Assembly: GCA_046754065.1 (NCBI GenBank) | Contig: JBHHVB010000006.1 | Span: 11,080-75,079, forward strand | Length of the DNA: 64,000 nt | Origin: Gammaproteobacteria bacterium | GTDB lineage: Bacteria; Pseudomonadota; Gammaproteobacteria; SZUA-140 | Direction: 5' to 3' | Shown: piece by piece, positions 45,881 through 56,163 of the stretch | Numbering within the stretch: position 1 is the stretch's first letter | Layout of the letters: each line of letters begins with the position of its first letter | Position numbers and translations under genes: made by a program | Notes under the pieces: generated by a model | Databases searched by the model: none | What the model saw: the letters and a program-made list of their open reading frames with translations, nothing else | What the model was told of the DNA's origin: nothing

Positions 45881-46601
45881 ATACCCGGACTGGACCATGG
45901 TAGCGGTACTTAATATCCCAGACACCATGCCCCAATCGATGCCCTCGATGCTCAAATTTGGTTTGCGGCCGGTCTTCTGGTCTGGGTATATAATCACCGT
46001 CTTCGGAGACGTTCTCAAATTGCTTGCAGGATGAAAGCACCTCTATCATATGCTGTGCATAATCCTGCCAGTCAGTCGCAAGGTGCACAATCCCTCCTTT
46101 CACCAGTTTACTACCCAGCAGCGAGATAAATTCGGGTTGAATCAGTCGTCTTTTGTGGTGCCTTTTTTTCGGCCAGGGATCCGGAAAGAAAATTCGAACT
46201 GCATCAATAGAATGGCCAGAAATCATTTGCTCCAGCACAGTTACCACATCTTCATTGATGACGCGCACATTTTGGATATTATGGCTTTCCAGTTCGCACA
46301 GTAATTTACCCACGCCTGGCTTATAAACGTCTACCCCAATAAAATTTTTCTGTTGATTATTGATGGCAGATTCCAGTAAAGACTCCCCCATACCGAATCC
46401 AATTTCGAGAATTCTGGGCGCACTTCTTTGAAAAATTTCATCCAGATCTATTATCTGATTTTTACAATCGATTCCATATCTTGACCAGGATTCAGTCAAC
46501 GCTTTTCTTTGCGCCTTCGTCATGCGACCTTCACGACGAACAAAACTACGAACTGTTCGCAACACCGCTGGTGTGCGGTTCTCTAATTGCTCAACTGACA
46601 T
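45873..46601 (-). CDS. trmB: tRNA (guanine-N7)-methyltransferase
   Basis: It has LEIGFGMGES and FFPDPWPKKRHHKRR motifs. I prefer the start at the Met at 46599-46601, after the thiG stop at 46609, rather than the track start at 46700. Confidence 0.9.
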   Translation of the reverse strand: MSVEQLENRTPAVLRTVRSFVRREGRMTKAQRKALTESWSRYGIDCKNQIIDLDEIFQRSAPRILEIGFGMGESLLESAINNQQKNFIGVDVYKPGVGKLLCELESHNIQNVRVINEDVVTVLEQMISGHSIDAVRIFFPDPWPKKRHHKRRLIQPEFISLLGSKLVKGGIVHLATDWQDYAQHMIEVLSSCKQFENVSEDGDYIPRPEDRPQTKFEHRGHRLGHGVWDIKYRYHGPVRVYG

Positions 46602-46608
46602 TGATGAT

Positions 46609-47442
46609 TCAGAAAAATGTTCCGTCCAGTGGTGATGAGGCACTCGCAAACCGTTTGCGGGGGATACGACCCGCCAGATATGCCTCACGCCCGGCTTCAA
46701 CTGCCTTTTTCATTGCTGAAGCCATCAGGACTGGATCCTTCGCGCCTGCAATCGCGGTATTCATCAACACGCCATCGCATCCCAGCTCCATTGCAATCGC
46801 TGCATCTGACGCAGTTCCTACACCGGCATCCACCAGAATCGGCACATTAGCATTTTCGATAATTGTAAGAATATTATGGGGATTTCGTATACCGAGCCCA
46901 GATCCAATCGGTGCAGCCAACGGCATCACAGCAACACAGCCCAGCTCTTCCAAACGCTTTGCTGCAATCGGGTCGTCATTGGTATAAACCATTACCTTAA
47001 AACCTTCCTTAACCAGTGTCTCAGTCGCCACGTAGGTCTGATCGACATCAGGGTACAATGTCTTCTCGTCACCAAGCACTTCCAGCTTGACCAGATCATG
47101 TCCATCGAGAAGCTCACGTGCGAGACGGCAGGTTCTCACCGCATCTTTAGCACTATAACAACCCGCGGTATTTGGCAACAAGGTGTACTGATCAAGAGGG
47201 ATTACGTCAAGCAGATTAGGTTCATCTGCATTTTGGCCAATGTTTGTCCGCCTGATCGCAACAGTAACAATCTGTGCACCACTAGCCTCCGTTGCCAACC
47301 GGGTTTCCTCCAGGTCTTTGTATTTACCTGTTCCGACCAGCAACCGGGAATGATAGTCTTTACCTGCAATAGAAAAGGTGTCTTGCCCATTACTTATAGC
47401 TGATTTATTTTTCATATAATTATTGAATGCTAATTCGGTCAT
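46609..47442 (-). CDS. thiG: Thiazole synthase
   Basis: It has [29 protein letters not shown] and LMNTAIA motifs. Confidence 0.95.
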   Translation of the reverse strand: MTELAFNNYMKNKSAISNGQDTFSIAGKDYHSRLLVGTGKYKDLEETRLATEASGAQIVTVAIRRTNIGQNADEPNLLDVIPLDQYTLLPNTAGCYSAKDAVRTCRLARELLDGHDLVKLEVLGDEKTLYPDVDQTYVATETLVKEGFKVMVYTNDDPIAAKRLEELGCVAVMPLAAPIGSGLGIRNPHNILTIIENANVPILVDAGVGTASDAAIAMELGCDGVLMNTAIAGAKDPVLMASAMKKAVEAGREAYLAGRIPRKRFASASSPLDGTFF

Positions 47443-47476
47443 CTAGTTACCCAATTGTGTTATAACGATTATGTAT

Positions 47477-47677
47477 TCAACCACCGCCAATGGCTTGAAC
47501 TATTTCGACTTCATCCCCTTCCTTAAGAACAAGGGTACTTAAACTGCTTCTCGGCACAATTTCCAGATTTATTTCAACCGCGATCCGTTTATTTTGGAAT
47601 CCCGTTTCGGCTAATAATTCTGCAGCGGTGATACCTGCTGCAACCGTTTGCGATTGACCATTTACAAATAATTTCAT
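47477..47677 (-). CDS. thiS: Sulfur carrier protein ThiS
   Basis: It is 66 aa, has a ubiquitin-like pattern and a C-terminal GGG, and lies upstream of thiG. Confidence 0.9.
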   Translation of the reverse strand: MKLFVNGQSQTVAAGITAAELLAETGFQNKRIAVEINLEIVPRSSLSTLVLKEGDEVEIVQAIGGG

Positions 47678-47776
47678 TACTAATAGTTCCCAAAGCCAAT
47701 ATATCCGCCATTATACCGTTATAAACCAGATCTAAAAGGGATAAGCGTTGTATTTTGCGGGAAAGTACGGCGTTGA

Positions 47777-49912
47777 TCAGTGTTTTTCGGTTAACAGGGA
47801 AGATATCATTTTCGACATCCTGTCAAAATCGATCGGTTTGGTCAGATACCCCTTTACGCCTTGCGCAACCGCATCATCCTCATTGACGTTTTCGCTGAAC
47901 CCGGTGCACAGTATGACTGGTAATTCGGGATTTAATTTGAGCATTTCATGGGTCAATTCGATCCCCGTTAGTTTCGGCATGGTTTGATCAGTAATCACAA
48001 GATCAATCCCATGCGTGTCAGCCTTGAACAGATATAAAGCTTCTCTGGGATCATTCGTAACCGCCACATTGAATCCATTATTGAGCAACATTTCCGACAA
48101 AAGACCTGTGATCGCCTGTTCATCATCAACTACCAATATATTTTTACCGGCTATTGATTTTTCGACACCGGCGGTGGTCTGATGATCTTCCGCACCATTT
48201 AGGGATTCAGATCCTGTTAGGGATTCAGGTCCTGTGGATGGCGGGAACAATATATGAAAGATAGTGCCTTTGCCAATTTCGGATTCGACAAGGATATGCC
48301 CCCCGTATCGATGCAGAATACCATGCACAGCTGCCAAACCCATACCGCTGCCCTTTCCAACCTCCTTGGTTGTATAAAAGGGATCAAAGATATAATCCAG
48401 CTGATGTTTTTCGATACCAGTGCCGGTATCTTTAATTAATAGCTCAACAAAAGATCCCGACAACGGGGCGCAACAGGATATACAACTTTCGCCGTTCAGC
48501 TCTGTTTTTTGAAGGCTAACATCCATTTCACCCTCCCCGTCCATCGCATCTCTTGCATTGATACAAAGATTCATAATCACCTGTTGAATCTGAACCGGGT
48601 CCGAATCGATCAACGGCAACCCCGGTTCGATGTATTGATTGATGACCATGCTCGATGGCAACGTTGACTGAAGCATTTTAATCACTCCCTTGATAACCGT
48701 TTGCAACCCAATTCTTTGCGTTACCGCCGCACCACCGCGACTAAAAGCCAGCATTTGCACCACCAGGTTACGGGCCCTTTCACCAGCGGAGCTGATCTCA
48801 TACAAATACTCGGCGAGCTTGCCACGTTTATCCGGCACATACCGATCCAGAGCCAATCCGACATAACCGAGGATGCTGGCCAGTATATTATTAAAATCAT
48901 GGGCTATTCCGCCGGTAAGGTGGCCAATCGCTTCCATTTTTTGCGCTTGTAACAACTGCCGTTGCAATTGTTCCTTTTCCCCCTCCGCCAGTTTTTCCAC
49001 TGTCTTGTCACGTACGACCACTATAAACCTGCGCTTTCCTTCCAGCACACTTTCTCCGATTGAAATCCCCACAGGAAATTCGGTCCCGTCAGACTTAACA
49101 CCTGTGACCTCCCGGGATCCTTGCCCGATAATGTGCTTTTCACCGGTACGTAAATAGCGCTGTAAATATTGTTGGCGATTCTCACGATCCTCAGCAGACA
49201 AAAACAATCCAATACTGTGACCTATGATCTGTTCACGACTGTATCCAAAAATTTGCAACGCAGCGGGATTGATTGAATCTATGATTCCCGCCTCATCAGC
49301 AGATATGATTCCGTCCACAGCGCTGGCAAATATGGCTCGAAGTTCACTCTCGGCTTTATCTCTGTTTTGCTGGGCACGAATGGCGACAATACCGTAGGCA
49401 AGATCATCAGCAAGACCCTGCAACAGGCTCACTTCATCGTCAGAAAATACGTCAGGTTTCGTCGCATAAATATTTAATGCCCCAAAAACCTCCCCGTTAT
49501 CTATCAACGGTAATGCCAGAGAAGATTGAAATCCGCGATTCTGTTCATCCCTACGCCATGGCGCGTAGCCTGATTGTCGGCTAATATCTGTTACCGCAAC
49601 TGACTTTCCCGTTCTAATGGCCTTACCGGTTGGTCCTTGACCGAATTCATTATCTGCCCAACTGATTTTTATGTTTTTTAGATAACCCGCATCATATCCA
49701 GCGGAGGCAATTGGTTTAACACTCCTTTTTTTATCTTTTTCCGCGAATCCTACCCATGCCAACCGATAACCTGTTTTATCAACGACGATCCCGCAAATAG
49801 CCTGAATCAGTTCTTCTTCATTTCTTGATCGGATCAGAGCGCGATTCGCTTCACTAACCGCAGCCAACGTTCGATTTAAACTCTGGACCAATTTTAGTTC
49901 ACTCTCTGGCAT
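47777..49912 (-). CDS. Hybrid sensor histidine kinase (GAF-PAS-HisKA-HATPase-REC), cytoplasmic
   Basis: It has a GAF-like N-terminus, a PAS domain (DGIISADEAGIIDSINPAALQIFGY), the H-box TGGIAHDFNNILASILGY, the N-box NLCINARDAM, the G-box GKGSGMGLA and a C-terminal REC domain (ILVVDDE...ITDQTMP). Confidence 0.9.
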   Translation of the reverse strand: MPESELKLVQSLNRTLAAVSEANRALIRSRNEEELIQAICGIVVDKTGYRLAWVGFAEKDKKRSVKPIASAGYDAGYLKNIKISWADNEFGQGPTGKAIRTGKSVAVTDISRQSGYAPWRRDEQNRGFQSSLALPLIDNGEVFGALNIYATKPDVFSDDEVSLLQGLADDLAYGIVAIRAQQNRDKAESELRAIFASAVDGIISADEAGIIDSINPAALQIFGYSREQIIGHSIGLFLSAEDRENRQQYLQRYLRTGEKHIIGQGSREVTGVKSDGTEFPVGISIGESVLEGKRRFIVVVRDKTVEKLAEGEKEQLQRQLLQAQKMEAIGHLTGGIAHDFNNILASILGYVGLALDRYVPDKRGKLAEYLYEISSAGERARNLVVQMLAFSRGGAAVTQRIGLQTVIKGVIKMLQSTLPSSMVINQYIEPGLPLIDSDPVQIQQVIMNLCINARDAMDGEGEMDVSLQKTELNGESCISCCAPLSGSFVELLIKDTGTGIEKHQLDYIFDPFYTTKEVGKGSGMGLAAVHGILHRYGGHILVESEIGKGTIFHILFPPSTGPESLTGSESLNGAEDHQTTAGVEKSIAGKNILVVDDEQAITGLLSEMLLNNGFNVAVTNDPREALYLFKADTHGIDLVITDQTMPKLTGIELTHEMLKLNPELPVILCTGFSENVNEDDAVAQGVKGYLTKPIDFDRMSKMISSLLTEKH

Positions 49913-50373
49913 ATCAATATTTACCTGTCACCACACACACGATCGGCGCGGTTATCCGAATTGACATTTACTAAGCAGGTTATTGCTAACAGGCACAAAA
50001 ATCTGGTCGGCATGACGACCGAAAATCCTGTCTGAACAGAATGGGTAGCTAGTTCCAAACGCAGAATGGACATCTGCAAGAATGGGTAAAAAAGAACGGT
50101 TGCTTGATTGTCATATCGCCTGTTTCTCCGAAAAGCAATTAAACACCACACCATGAGTAATCACCGTACCTCCATTTGACATACAATTACGACACCAGCT
50201 TTGGAAGATGCTATCTGGGTTAGAAAGTTTATCAGCAGGATACAATAATAACCACACATATTCGCATGGTAATAGCCGTACTGATTAGCCGATGACCTCG
50301 GATCAGGGTACTGGTCTCAATTAAACTAGCGCCGGTATTCGAGTGTCGAAAGGTATAGCAATGCAGTTATGTT

Positions 50374-52143
50374 TTAACTGCTGTTTGCCTGGGCAGGCTT
50401 TAAGGCATGGTTTTCTGAGAGAACAGTTGCCATTACCCTGATCAGCAGATCCATATTCAGCGGCTTGTCCAAAAAATATTCGATGCCTAACTCCCTGGCT
50501 CGCTCTCTGTTAATATCATCTGTATAGCCACTGTACAGGATAATGGGTATATCTGGTCTCTTTTGGAACATAACTTGAGCCAACTCTACTCCGGAAAGCG
50601 CAGGCATGGTTTGATCCAGAATAACAACATCAACATTTTCACTGTTCATTGAGAACCAGGTCAGCGCTTCCCGACTATCAGATTCATAAACAACCCGACA
50701 ACCTTTGGACTCAAGGAGTTCCCTGACGAAATTCCCCACCGCCTGTTCGTCATCCACTATTAATACCTTACCGGTCAGCTTGTCAATGTTAACCTGTGAG
50801 CCAAGGTGCTCGTGTTCAACAACGACATCCTCGGCAACTGTTGCCTTCGGAAACAACACTCTGAATTTCGAACCTTTCTCCGGGACCGATTCGACGATGA
50901 TATGACCATGATGTTCATGTAAAATGCCATGCACCATCGATAACCCCATCCCGGTTCCCTTACCAACTTCTTTTCGGGTGAAAAAAGGATCAAAAATCAT
51001 CTCAATCGTATTCGAGTCTATGCCATGCCCGTTATCCTGAACAACCAACTCGGTATACTCGCCAATAATCGTTTCATGACAGGACGAACAAGGTTGAGAT
51101 TCAATAAACACATTCTCGATAGAAAGTGTAATTCGTCCGTATCCATCCATCGCGTCTCGCGCATTGATACACAGATTCATGATAACCTGATCCAGCTGAA
51201 CTGGATCTATCACGATCATGCCAGCCTCACTATCAAATCGCTTTACAATTTCAATCGAAGAGGGCAGGGTCGCTCGAATCATCTGAATCGCTCCAGTTAC
51301 AGAGGGTTTCAAATAAATTGTTTCGCCACTGGATTTAGCCCCTCGACTAAAAGCAAGCATTTGCGCAATCAAATCCCTTGCTCGTGCACTGGACCGATAT
51401 ATCTCTCCCAGATACTTTGCCATTCGCTCATCACCATTCTTTGCATTAAGCTCACGTGCAAGTTCGGTGTACCCCATAATAGCTGCCAACATATTATTGA
51501 AGTCGTGTGCAATACCACCGGTCAACTGTCCAATCGCCTGCATCTTCTGTGATTGGCGAAGCTGTTTTTGCATCATTTGTCTCTCGGTAATATCCCGCCC
51601 ATAAACACTCACATACCCTTCTTCTTCTACTGGGCAAATGACAAAATTAAATACGCGATCATCCAATTCGTGTTTGACCTCACAAACCTCGCCATTATCA
51701 TTGCGACAAAACAGGTTTAACTCCTCTTTGGCCAAGGTTCGCCGATCACCTTTGAACAAATGTTTTAGTAAGGATTCGCTCGATGGATTAGCGTACATGA
51801 GCTGACCATCCTTGCTAAAACGTAATACTGGCTGAGGATTCTCATGAGGGAAACTGGCCAGACTTTTTATCTTCTCCTGAGATTTCAAGAGCTCCTGCTG
51901 ATAATCATTGATAGCACGCACCATATGATCAAATCCCGTTGCAAGTTCGTTGATCTCCCTAAACGGAGATTTGACTGCTATCGGCGTGTAATTACGCTTA
52001 CTAACACGCTCATACGCTTTGGTTATCAATATAAGCGGATTAATCATTCGGTTGATGATTAACAAACCTGAAAGGGACACCACAAAAATGATTAACACGA
52101 TGATAACGCCAATTTCAAACAATTCCTTGTATATTGGCTTCAT
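50374..52143 (-). CDS. Hybrid sensor histidine kinase, C-terminal portion (TM-HAMP-PAS-HisKA-HATPase-REC) of an apparently split gene
   Basis: It starts with a TM helix plus a HAMP-like linker, then has the H-box TGGIAHDFNNMLAAIMGY, NLCINARDAM, GKGTGMGLS and a REC domain. The upstream ORF supplies the missing TM1 and periplasmic sensor domain. Confidence 0.85.
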   Translation of the reverse strand: MKPIYKELFEIGVIIVLIIFVVSLSGLLIINRMINPLILITKAYERVSKRNYTPIAVKSPFREINELATGFDHMVRAINDYQQELLKSQEKIKSLASFPHENPQPVLRFSKDGQLMYANPSSESLLKHLFKGDRRTLAKEELNLFCRNDNGEVCEVKHELDDRVFNFVICPVEEEGYVSVYGRDITERQMMQKQLRQSQKMQAIGQLTGGIAHDFNNMLAAIMGYTELARELNAKNGDERMAKYLGEIYRSSARARDLIAQMLAFSRGAKSSGETIYLKPSVTGAIQMIRATLPSSIEIVKRFDSEAGMIVIDPVQLDQVIMNLCINARDAMDGYGRITLSIENVFIESQPCSSCHETIIGEYTELVVQDNGHGIDSNTIEMIFDPFFTRKEVGKGTGMGLSMVHGILHEHHGHIIVESVPEKGSKFRVLFPKATVAEDVVVEHEHLGSQVNIDKLTGKVLIVDDEQAVGNFVRELLESKGCRVVYESDSREALTWFSMNSENVDVVILDQTMPALSGVELAQVMFQKRPDIPIILYSGYTDDINRERARELGIEYFLDKPLNMDLLIRVMATVLSENHALKPAQANSS

Positions 52144-52150
52144 GATGTCA

Positions 52151-53032
52151 TCATAATTTATCTCGGATACGACCCCCCCAACTCACTGTTTTCACCGGGG
52201 TAATAACACCAAACACCTCATTCCCTTTCAATCCCTGATATTCATTTTTACTTTGCCATTCTTTCCCGGTAAAAAGACTACGAGTAATTGGCATATGAGT
52301 CATCAAATCTCCGGATTGGTATTTATTATTTTTTGGCGCTGTCATCAGCGAACCTCGCCTATCAACCAGATAGGTCAACGTGCGCTGATCAGATAAAAAA
52401 TGATCAACACTTTCCCAAAATGTATTTACAGCAACTTCCGCCAGTAACACAGCCACAACATTTTCTGCGGTACCTACAGGTACTGCAATATGGAAATTCC
52501 AACCTCTACCGTGTGTCTCGTGCACTGGACCAATATACGTTCTGCCATACAATGGAACCGCCAATTCAGGTGAGAACCCATCTGGTTTTGAGTCATCCGA
52601 AAACGGCCAATAATCATAATTTTCAATGAACTCGTACTGGACTGAATTTTTGTCATACCGATCCCGGTCCAAACTGGACAGGACATGCCCTTCAGGAGCC
52701 AGAACTGCCAAAGCGTTAAGGGAATCCTCGCGCCGAATTGCGCCATACAACAGGTCTTGTATCAACGAGTGGTCACTATGTTTTAGCAACATACTGTATG
52801 CAATAGCATCACTTTTATTTTGGAGTATTGAAACAAGTTGTTCCACACGCCTTTCAATATTCAAAGAAATCTCTCCGTTAACGCGCTTTTTTTCAAAAAG
52901 CGCTTTGTCCAGATAATTAGACTTCAGAATCGGAATCAAAGAAGCGGTAGAAATTATCAACAAAGACACACCACTAAGAAATATAAGGCTATACCATGCT
53001 TTTTTTAATGACATTGTTCCAGCAGAGGTCAC
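52151..53032 (-). CDS. TM1 plus periplasmic Cache-like sensor domain, the N-terminal portion of the split kinase
   Basis: It has a TM helix (AWYSLIFLSGVSLLIISTASLI) and a ~250-aa extracytoplasmic domain with a Cache-like pattern (VAVLLAEVAVNTFWESV, TYLVDRRGSLMTAP). It ends 7 nt before the next ORF, just after a G7 run. Confidence 0.75.
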   Translation of the reverse strand: MTSAGTMSLKKAWYSLIFLSGVSLLIISTASLIPILKSNYLDKALFEKKRVNGEISLNIERRVEQLVSILQNKSDAIAYSMLLKHSDHSLIQDLLYGAIRREDSLNALAVLAPEGHVLSSLDRDRYDKNSVQYEFIENYDYWPFSDDSKPDGFSPELAVPLYGRTYIGPVHETHGRGWNFHIAVPVGTAENVVAVLLAEVAVNTFWESVDHFLSDQRTLTYLVDRRGSLMTAPKNNKYQSGDLMTHMPITRSLFTGKEWQSKNEYQGLKGNEVFGVITPVKTVSWGGRIRDKL

Positions 53033-53043
53033 ATTGATATTCC

Positions 53044-54060
53044 TTATTGTGATGAATATGCTAAAGATTGTGATAACGCTTTATTTAGAAAACGATTATC
53101 GTAATAAACGGTCATATCGACTGGCAGCGTATCCCATAGACGCATCTCAACCATTTTTTCAGACATTTGCTGAAGGTCTTTCTCCGTCATCATCATATCT
53201 GAGTAATCAATCCAATCGGGTGGAGTTGTCAATACTTTCTCGAATACAGATGCTGCCGATCCTGTATAATCCTCCCCCATCGCCGCAGAAATTTTAGGAT
53301 TACTCTCGATAAATTGACCACTTTTAACAAGCACGTTAACTAACTCCTGCAACTGCTCAGGGTGGCCCTCGATAAAGTGGTCACTGGCGATGAACACGTG
53401 ATCCATATGATCTTTCCAGATTTCTGGCGAAATAGCTGCCATCCAACCCTCCCCCATTGATATCGACTTATTCGCCTCAGGCTCTCCCACCACAAATCCA
53501 TCAATCTCGCCTTGCTTCATGGAGTTAATCATATCTCTCGGCGGCATGGCGACGACACTTATCTTGTTATGATCCACATTGTGTTGATCAAGCGCCAAGC
53601 GTAATAACACATGGTGCTGAGAGTAGAGATGCGGCACCGCAATAATGGATCTTGTGCGGTTTAGGTCATTTATTGATCTGAATTTGTTGGACAGCACAAA
53701 ACTATTGCCATTGCGGTCCGCCTTCAGCACAATTTTCGCCTCCAGGCCATTTCGGATCAAATCCATCGCTAACGGAGAGAGAATAAAGGTACCCGCTAAC
53801 TTACCCGATCTCATATCGTCAACCACGTCGTTCCAATCATGGTTTTGTATCGTTTTTAGTTGAAACGTTTTTAAATCCTGTTGAAACCGTTTTTCCACGA
53901 TAGCCAACGGCAAATGACCACCACAAATTAACCTGCCGATATTTACGATAGGCTTGTTAGTATTGGGCAGGGAGCTTCCTGGTTGAGTTTCGCAGCCAAC
54001 CAAAATTGCCAATGCTGTAAACAAAACGAGTATTCTTTGTACACTATCCATATATTTCAC
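53044..54060 (-). CDS. Periplasmic solute-binding lipoprotein (NMT1/THI5-like, NitT/TauT-type ABC SBP fold) without cognate permease or ATPase genes
   Basis: It has a lipoprotein signal (LFTALAILVGC) and a type-2 SBP-like sequence of 338 aa. It sits directly upstream of the Cache sensor kinase. Confidence 0.65.
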   Translation of the reverse strand: MKYMDSVQRILVLFTALAILVGCETQPGSSLPNTNKPIVNIGRLICGGHLPLAIVEKRFQQDLKTFQLKTIQNHDWNDVVDDMRSGKLAGTFILSPLAMDLIRNGLEAKIVLKADRNGNSFVLSNKFRSINDLNRTRSIIAVPHLYSQHHVLLRLALDQHNVDHNKISVVAMPPRDMINSMKQGEIDGFVVGEPEANKSISMGEGWMAAISPEIWKDHMDHVFIASDHFIEGHPEQLQELVNVLVKSGQFIESNPKISAAMGEDYTGSAASVFEKVLTTPPDWIDYSDMMMTEKDLQQMSEKMVEMRLWDTLPVDMTVYYDNRFLNKALSQSLAYSSQ

Positions 54061-54101
54061 ACCCGCGCTAACCGGTTCATAATTGACTCACTACCGTCGT
54101 T

Positions 54102-55712
54102 CTAGCCATCACTAAATATTTCACTAATTTTATTTAATAGTTCATGCGATGGAACCGGCTTCATAAAAAATCCGCTAATACCCATTTTATAGGCCTTGTC
54201 TTCATCAATCGTTTCACTAAAACCAGTACATAAAATCACTGGCAAATCGGGTCTAAGCTCGAACATCTTTTTAATCATCTCATCACCGGAAAGACCGGGC
54301 ATCGTTTGGTCCGTGACGACGAGATCATAAGCATCAGGATTCTCGACGAATGCATTTAATGCTTGCAAGCTATCATTTTCAACTGTGACGCGGTAATGAT
54401 TCGATTGCAGCAGATCACTCAGGAATCTGGCGAGACTAGGCTCATCATCAACAACAAGGACGTGTTCACCCGAACCTGACTGAAATCCCGAAATCGTTTC
54501 ATCTTCTTCAAGATGATTATCCGGCAGATCATGGTGCGCCGGAAAATACAATAGAAAGCGCGCACCTTCACGCTCAGAATCCAGCACAATATGCCCGTTC
54601 GTATCGTGCACAATTCCGTGCACAACCGACAAACCCATTCCTGACCCCTTCCCGACCTCCTTGGTCGTAAAGTAGGGATCAAAGAGCCGGCCTGCTGTTG
54701 CCTGGGGTATACCCTCTCCATCATCCTCGACACAGATTTCAACGTACTCGCCACTGATCATTTGACCACAGGAAGAGCATTGACGATGCACATTGTGTCG
54801 AGAGGCGACGCTAATACCAATCCTCCCCTCTCCCTCAACAGCATCTCTCGCATTGATACACAGATTCATAATGACCTGTTCCAGTTCCACGGGGTTGGCC
54901 AGAATTTTGGGAAGACGGCCTTCAACTGAAACAGTCAATTCAATACGAGATGGCAGAATTGGTTTCATGATTGAGATGATATCGCTTACAACCTCTGACA
55001 CGTCGATAAAGGGTAGTGGGCTATCATCCCCCTGGCGACAAAATGTCAACATTTTATCAACCATTACCTGCGCCCTACGACCGGATTGGTATATCTCATT
55101 GAGATAAATTGACAGCTTTTCATCGCTATCCGAACCATACTTCTCCAGAGCCAGCTCGGTGTATCCTAAAACACTAGCCAGGACATTGTTAAAATCATGT
55201 GCAATTCCACCTGTAAGCCGACCAATAGCCTCGATCTTCTGAACCTGGCGTAGTTGCAACTCGATTCGTTTTCGATCTCGCTCGGCTCTTATTCGATCGA
55301 TGATGTTTTTCATACGGTAAAATAACAAAGGCCAATTGTATGGTTTTGGAATGTAATCGATTGCACCAACCTCAAAACCGCGAGAAATGGATTCCCCATC
55401 GTCCAGCATCGTTAAAATGAGTATCGGGATATCTTCGGTTTTTTGGTTATTGGTGATACGCTGGCACGCTTCATATCCATCCATTTCGGGCATAATCGCA
55501 TCCATCAGGATAATATCGGGTATGGATGATTCCAGAATTGACAATGCTTCCAGACCATTTTCAGCCTCGACGACATCGTACCCGTGCCCGGCAAGATAAG
55601 AAACCAGGACTCGACGACTGTAAATATCGTCCTCGACCACCAATACCAGCGGCTTTTCCTCGGCATTGCTTTCTGTGCGGTTCAAATCCTTTTCATCTTT
55701 ATTCGGTATCAT
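54102..55712 (-). CDS. Hybrid histidine kinase (REC-HisKA-HATPase-REC)
   Basis: It has an N-terminal REC domain (VLVVEDD...ILMDAIMPEMDG), the H-box TGGIAHDFNNVLASVLGY, NLCINARDAV, GKGSGMGLS and a C-terminal REC domain (VLVVDDE...VTDQTMPGLSG). Confidence 0.9.
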   Translation of the reverse strand: MIPNKDEKDLNRTESNAEEKPLVLVVEDDIYSRRVLVSYLAGHGYDVVEAENGLEALSILESSIPDIILMDAIMPEMDGYEACQRITNNQKTEDIPILILTMLDDGESISRGFEVGAIDYIPKPYNWPLLFYRMKNIIDRIRAERDRKRIELQLRQVQKIEAIGRLTGGIAHDFNNVLASVLGYTELALEKYGSDSDEKLSIYLNEIYQSGRRAQVMVDKMLTFCRQGDDSPLPFIDVSEVVSDIISIMKPILPSRIELTVSVEGRLPKILANPVELEQVIMNLCINARDAVEGEGRIGISVASRHNVHRQCSSCGQMISGEYVEICVEDDGEGIPQATAGRLFDPYFTTKEVGKGSGMGLSVVHGIVHDTNGHIVLDSEREGARFLLYFPAHHDLPDNHLEEDETISGFQSGSGEHVLVVDDEPSLARFLSDLLQSNHYRVTVENDSLQALNAFVENPDAYDLVVTDQTMPGLSGDEMIKKMFELRPDLPVILCTGFSETIDEDKAYKMGISGFFMKPVPSHELLNKISEIFSDG

Positions 55713-55762
55713 TTTCCTGGCCTAGGTGCCCTTGGAGACAATACGAACGGTAAAAACCAGAC

Positions 55763-56131
55763 TCACCCCAAAACCTGATTAACTGTATTACGCAGATCAC
55801 TCATCTGAAACGGCTTCTCCATCACCGTTGCAGCACCAATCAGCTTCGCAATAGGCAAGTATTCAAAGCGTCCGGTAATTCCACCTCCACCCGAGATTCC
55901 TATAATCTTTATGTTCGGATAATCTTTTTTTAACTCAAGAATCAGGTCCAATCCGTTTTTTTCCGGCATGACCATATCGGTTATTACCAAATCGATTTTT
56001 GACTGCCTAAAGACCTGGCAAGCTTCAACGCCATTGCTGGCCTCAAGGATTTCGTGCCCGCCTCCTTCAAGCATTTCCCTAATCATCATTCGTACTGAAT
56101 TCTCGTCATCGACCACTAAAATCTTTGCCAC
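55763..56131 (-). CDS. Single-domain (CheY-like) response regulator
   Basis: It is 122 aa and has ILVVDDE, LVITDMVMPEKNG and KIIGISG motifs. Confidence 0.9.
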   Translation of the reverse strand: MAKILVVDDENSVRMMIREMLEGGGHEILEASNGVEACQVFRQSKIDLVITDMVMPEKNGLDLILELKKDYPNIKIIGISGGGGITGRFEYLPIAKLIGAATVMEKPFQMSDLRNTVNQVLG

Positions 56132-56163
56132 TGTTCACCTCATTAATGGAAAATATTTGCAAT

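Noticed and set aside
45881-46018. The long N-terminal extension of the ELW-repeat ORF, and likewise the trmB extension at 46602..46700.
   Set aside because: The extensions overlap the upstream genes by about 100-146 nt. Internal Met codons placed 4-8 nt after the upstream stops give a lipoprotein signal for the ELW protein and a canonical N-terminus for TrmB.
47678-47776. A TPP riboswitch upstream of thiS-thiG.
   Set aside because: The 99-nt leader lacks the conserved CUGAGA and pyrimidine-sensing helix elements, and is too short for the aptamer plus an expression platform.
49921-50154. A 77-aa ORF in the 461-bp gap between two kinase genes (possible Hpt or small regulator).
   Set aside because: It has no RBS, a Cys/Arg-rich odd composition and no Hpt-like HxxKG motif. 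I treat the gap as non-coding until searched properly.
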